From Vicinamibacterales bacterium (GTDB lineage: Bacteria > Acidobacteriota > Vicinamibacteria > Vicinamibacterales > CAVVIG01), in assembly GCA_046331345.1 (NCBI GenBank), contig JAXLRA010000006.1, forward strand, positions 623,614 to 687,613: 64,000 nucleotides of DNA, written 5' to 3'. Positions 60,376 through 64,000 of the stretch are shown piece after piece. Position numbers and translations under genes: made by a program. A model generated the notes under the pieces. The model was not told the DNA's origin and ran no database searches. It worked only from the letters and a program-made list of their open reading frames with translations. Position 1 is the first letter of the stretch. Every line of letters begins with the position of its first letter.

Positions 60376-61740
60376 CTACCCCAGCTCCGCCTTGACGACG
60401 TCGATGATCGACTGGGCCCAGGCGCGAATCTCGCCCTGGTCCTTCCCCTCGAGCATGACGCGCAGGAGCGGCTCGGTGCCCGAATAGCGGACGAGCAGGC
60501 GGCCCTGCCCGGCCACCCGCTGCTCGACGTGTTCGCGATGACCGCCGCCACGGCCGGCACTGACGCGAGGTCCACTTTCTCGCGCACGCGCACGTTGAGC
60601 AGCACCTGCGGGTAGTTCGTCAGGTCGTCGGCCAGTTCGGCCAGCGACCGGCCGGTCGCCTGCACGGTGCGAAGGACGTTCAGGGCGGTACACAGGCCGT
60701 CGCCGGTGAACAGATAGTCGGAGAAGATCACGTCCCGACTGCTCACCACCGAGCGCGATCCCGCGCTTCAGCATCTCCTCCATCACGTACTTGTCGCCAA
60801 CCGACGTGCGGATCATCTCGATCCCGGACCTGCGCAGCGCCAGTTCGAGTCCGATGTTGCTCATCACGGTGGCGACGATGGCATTGCCGGGCAGGCGCCC
60901 CTCGCGCTGGAGCTGCCGCGCGCACATCAGCAGCACCGCATCGCCGTTGACGACGCGGCCGAGATGGTCGACGAAGATCGCCCGGTCGCCGTCGCCGTCG
61001 AAGGCCACGCCCATCTGCGCGCCGGACTTCACGACGAGTGCGGAGAGCCCCTCGGGATGTGTGGACCCGCACAGCAAGTTGATGTTGCGGCCGTCCGGCT
61101 CGGCGCCCGTCACCACGGTCTCGAAGCCGAGGCCACGGAACAGCCCGGGAGCGACCGGGGTCGTGGCGCCGTTCGCGCAGTCGATTGCCAGCGTGAAGCC
61201 GCTGAAGAGCGAGGGGTCCGGCAGCACGACGCGCAGGTGCTCCAGGTACGAATCGACCAGCACCGCGCCGGGCACCTCTTCGGGGGCTCCGTCGCGGACG
61301 TCCCACGATGTGTCGGCGACGATGCCCTCGATCTCGCGCTCCACCGCCTCGGTGAACTTCTCCCCGCGTCCGGAGAACACCTTGATGCCGTTGTCCTCGA
61401 ACGGGTTGTGTGAGGCGGAGATGACCACGCCCGCGTCGTACTGCGCGAAGGCGCGGGTGAGGTAGGCCACGGCTGGCGTCGGCACGACACCGACGCTGGT
61501 CACCTCGGCGCCTTCGCCGCCGGCGCCGTGCGCGAGTTCGGCCTCGATCCAGCCGCCGGATTCACGCGTGTCGCGCCCGACCAGCAGGTGTGGTGATTCG
61601 GTGCCGTGCGGCAGCGCCCGGACCAGGGCGGCCCCGAGACGGCGAACGGTTGCATGGTCGAGCGGAAACACGCCGGCCTTGCCGCGTACACCGTCGGTTC
61701 CGAAGAGGCGCACGGGTTCGCGCGAGTCAGTTTTTGCCAC
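60376..61740 (-). CDS. glmM: phosphoglucosamine mutase, with two compensating frameshifts near 60.75 and 60.53 kb
   Basis: It reads LFGTDGVRG...SASHNPFEDNGIK...FDGDGDR...GGEQSG. The expected (H)VIFSDYLFTGDGLCTALNVL...NYPQVLLNVRV lies in the frame of ORF 60333..60749. The main frame resumes at GRLLVRYSGTEPLLRVMLEG. The start is GTG 61740 or GTG 61713. Confidence 0.85.
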   Translation of the reverse strand: MAKTDSREPVRLFGTDGVRGKAGVFPLDHATVRRLGAALVRALPHGTESPHLLVGRDTRESGGWIEAELAHGAGGEGAEVTSVGVVPTPAVAYLTRAFAQYDAGVVISASHNPFEDNGIKVFSGRGEKFTEAVEREIEGIVADTSWDVRDGAPEEVPGAVLVDSYLEHLRVVLPDPSLFSGFTLAIDCANGATTPVAPGLFRGLGFETVVTGAEPDGRNINLLCGSTHPEGLSALVVKSGAQMGVAFDGDGDRAIFVDHLGRVVNGDAVLLMCARQLQREGRLPGNAIVATVMSNIGLELALRRSGIEMIRTSVGDKYVMEEMLKRGIALGGEQSGRDLLRLSVHRRRPVYRPERPSHRAGDRPVAGRTGRRPDELPAGAAQRARARESGPRVSAGRGGGHREHVEQRVAGQGRLLVRYSGTEPLLRVMLEGKDQGEIRAWAQSIIDVVKAELG

Positions 61741-62653
61741 TGGAGATCTGCACCTGGATGGTTGCGGGAAGGATGCGGGCGACGCCCGCGCGCGCCGGGT
61801 TCTCGACATGCACGGGCAGGGTGTACGTGCCGGGATCGAGACCGGCCAGGTCGACCCGCGCGACGACCTCGTCGCTGTCCACGCGGTTCAGGCCGTCACG
61901 GCTGCCACGCAGCACGATGTCGACGGCGTGCGGAACGGGCCTGGCAATCAGGCCTTCGCGCAGGTGCTCGATGTGAACGGGGCGTTCGCGCAGCGTGCGC
62001 TCCACCGGACCTGGAATCACGTCGACCGTCACGCGCGCCTGCCGCGGCGTCTTCATCCTGAGCGCGGGGTCCTGGAACCCCACCGTCACCCCGTCCGCCA
62101 CGGCCGCACTCGCTCCGCCGACGTTCACGGGTTCGGTCAACGCCTCGGTCACCCGGTCGATCGCGCTCTGCGGACCGATCACTTCGATGGTCGGCGGCTC
62201 GACGGACACCTTGCCGACCACGAACCCCGGCGCGGGATCGCCTTCGACGGCAGGCACCACCGGGACGATCTTCGCCTGCGACGCCTCGAAGGCCAGCGCC
62301 ACCGTCGTCGGCGAGACCTGCACCACCTGCACGCCGTACGGCACGCGGACCTGCTCGGGCGTGAGCTGATACAGCCGTCGCCCTGGCCTGGCCGACTTGA
62401 GGTCGAGCTGCGCCACGATGTCTCCGGGACCGATGAGGGACAGCGCGCTCGACGCGCCGCGCACCCGCACGTCGACGAGCGACGGCGCTTCACCCATCAT
62501 CTCGAGGCCCCCCGGAAACTGCTGGAACTCGAGCGGCACGCGAAGGCCACGCTCGACCACCTCGTCGCCCGAGACGAACAGCCACAGGATCGCCGCGATG
62601 GCCACGGAGACGGTCTTCAGGCCCAGGTGCCTGAACGGCCACGGCGCCTTCAT
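61727..62653 (-). CDS. cdaR: YbbR-domain protein (CdaR-like regulator of diadenylate cyclase)
   Basis: It has an N-terminal transmembrane segment followed by repeated YbbR-like beta modules. It lies between cdaA and glmM. Confidence 0.75.
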   Translation of the reverse strand: MKAPWPFRHLGLKTVSVAIAAILWLFVSGDEVVERGLRVPLEFQQFPGGLEMMGEAPSLVDVRVRGASSALSLIGPGDIVAQLDLKSARPGRRLYQLTPEQVRVPYGVQVVQVSPTTVALAFEASQAKIVPVVPAVEGDPAPGFVVGKVSVEPPTIEVIGPQSAIDRVTEALTEPVNVGGASAAVADGVTVGFQDPALRMKTPRQARVTVDVIPGPVERTLRERPVHIEHLREGLIARPVPHAVDIVLRGSRDGLNRVDSDEVVARVDLAGLDPGTYTLPVHVENPARAGVARILPATIQVQISSGKN

Positions 62654-63465
62654 GCGACCTGCACCTCACGCTGCCGCCGCCTGGTCGACTTGTTGATGAC
62701 CAGCGAGCGGAGCCGCGTCCGCAGGGCGTCGGCCGTGAGTCCGCGCTCGATCTGGCCGTCGACGACGATGGAAATCTTGCCGGACTCCTCGGACACCACG
62801 ATGGCGATGGAGTCGTTCTCTTCCGTCAGGCCGATCGCCGCCCTGTGCCGGGAGCCCAGTTCCTTGCTCAGGCGTGGATTCACGGTGAGCGGCAGGAAGC
62901 ACGCCGCTGCCGCCACACGGTCTTCCCGGACGATCACCGCGCCGTCATGCAGCGGCGACTTCAGCTGGAAGATCGAGACGATGAGGTCGTACGTCAACAC
63001 CGCGTCGAGCGGGATGCCGCCCTCGATGTAGTTCCTCAGGCCGATCTGCCGCTCGATCGCGATGATCGCGCCCACACGCTGGGTGGACAGCATGCCGGCC
63101 GCCACCACGATCTCCTCGATCGATTCCTCGGCCGATTCGGTTTTCGCGAGGTACCTGAAGAACGGCGCGCGGCCGAAGTGCGCCAGTGCTCGGCGGATGT
63201 CCGACTGGAACAGGACGATGATGCCGAACACCACGTAGCCGAACATGTTGCGCACGAGCCAGTTAAGCGTGTCGAGGTGCCAGGAGCGCGAGCCGTAGAA
63301 CAGGAGGGCGAGCAGGCCGGCCCCAACCGCCATCTGCACGGCGCGGGTGCCGCGGATCAGCTTGAGGACCTCGTAGATCAGGATCGACACCACGAGGATG
63401 TCGGCCAGATCCCACAGGCCGATCGGCGGTCGCTTCAGCAGCGCTTCGATCCAGGTCAGGTTCAC
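62650..63465 (-). CDS. cdaA: membrane diadenylate cyclase (DisA_N/DAC domain)
   Basis: Three N-terminal transmembrane segments are followed by PLHDGAVIVRED and GSRHRAAIGLTE. Confidence 0.9.
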   Translation of the reverse strand: MNLTWIEALLKRPPIGLWDLADILVVSILIYEVLKLIRGTRAVQMAVGAGLLALLFYGSRSWHLDTLNWLVRNMFGYVVFGIIVLFQSDIRRALAHFGRAPFFRYLAKTESAEESIEEIVVAAGMLSTQRVGAIIAIERQIGLRNYIEGGIPLDAVLTYDLIVSIFQLKSPLHDGAVIVREDRVAAAACFLPLTVNPRLSKELGSRHRAAIGLTEENDSIAIVVSEESGKISIVVDGQIERGLTADALRTRLRSLVINKSTRRRQREVQVA

Positions 63466-64000
63466 GACGGGCTCAACCCACTCTCAGCGATCCGGCCGTA
63501 TCGCCGGGTATCCTCGGCCACACGGACCACCTGCACCATTTCCGCGACTGCGTGCACGCGAACGATGTGCGCACCGGCCAGCACGGCTGCCGCAACCGCT
63601 GCCGCCGTTCCCCAGTCGCGCTCGACCGGAGGGCGGGCGCCGAGGGCCTCACGCATGAACGACTTGCGGCTCGGCCCTGCAAGCACGGGCCGGCCGATAC
63701 GGCCGGCAAGTTCGTCGATCCGCGCCAGCAAACCATAACTGTGCGCTGGACGTTTGGCAAACCCGATCCCCGGGTCCACAATCACCCGCTCGAGGCTCAC
63801 GCCTGCGGCAAGCGCAACATCGAGTCCCGCGCGCAACTCGGCCGCGACCTCCTCCACGACGTCGTCGTACACCGCCTGCGCGTACATGTCCGACGACCGC
63901 CCGCGCGTGTGCATGAGGACGAGCGCTGCCGACGTGCGGCCCACCGTTGCCGCCATCCCGGCATCGTAGGTCAGGCCGCTGATGTCGTTCACCAGCGACG
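63462..64000 (-). CDS. folP: dihydropteroate synthase, C-terminal part (gene runs off the window end)
   Basis: It reads (I)NDISG...LMHTRG...VIVDPGIGFAK...GPSRKSF...GAHIVRVH. The reading frame is open to position 64000. Confidence 0.88.
   Translation of the reverse strand, partial: SLVNDISGLTYDAGMAATVGRTSAALVLMHTRGRSSDMYAQAVYDDVVEEVAAELRAGLDVALAAGVSLERVIVDPGIGFAKRPAHSYGLLARIDELAGRIGRPVLAGPSRKSFMREALGARPPVERDWGTAAAVAAAVLAGAHIVRVHAVAEMVQVVRVAEDTRRYGRIAESGLSPS

Overview
This is a high-GC, densely coding bacterial chromosomal window. G+C was not computed but looks like about two thirds. Gene content and repeat style suggest a soil Acidobacteriota-like organism, which cannot be verified here. I support about 65 protein genes. 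I found no rRNA, tRNA, CRISPR array, transposase or integrase.

Housekeeping blocks:
- A split pyrimidine regulon: pyrE at 165-746; pyrR-pyrB-pyrC plus an OPRT-like paralog on the minus strand; and divergent pyrK-pyrD-pyrF.
- queE-queC.
- nth.
- folP-cdaA-cdaR-glmM.

Accessory blocks:
- Envelope glycosyltransferases.
- A penicillin-acylase-family gene.
- An ArsR plus P1B-ATPase metal module.
- A GldA/F/G-like ABC-2 system followed by DUF4340 and PBP4.
- A sugar-modification cluster: carbamoyltransferase, FemAB-like GNAT, methyltransferase, DegT aminotransferase and GT2.
- A group of exported enzymes.

Most interesting observations:
1. A compact bacterial microcompartment (BMC) locus at 48.6-52.0 kb. 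It has one BMC-H, three divergent BMC-P genes and a class II aldolase with a C-terminal encapsulation-peptide-like helix. An 84-aa Cys/His-rich protein carries almost the same helix motif at its N-terminus. The window has no aldehyde dehydrogenase, PduL or BMC-T.
2. A translationally coupled trio: a LysW-like acidic-tail zinc ribbon, a LarE-type PP-loop ATPase and a GT-C membrane glycosyltransferase.
3. A pervasive family of heptad-phased (7-nt period), often inverted, intergenic repeats. They include copies inside the BMC operon and TAG-anchored 3' copies bracketing the metal module.
4. A 33-34-nt tandem array of GC-rich hairpin units.
5. A localized patch at about 57.4-60.75 kb dense with frameshifts across three consecutive genes, including pdxJ and glmM. 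This looks like sequence error rather than biology.

All functional calls come from reading the translated ORFs against remembered family motifs. No database search was run.
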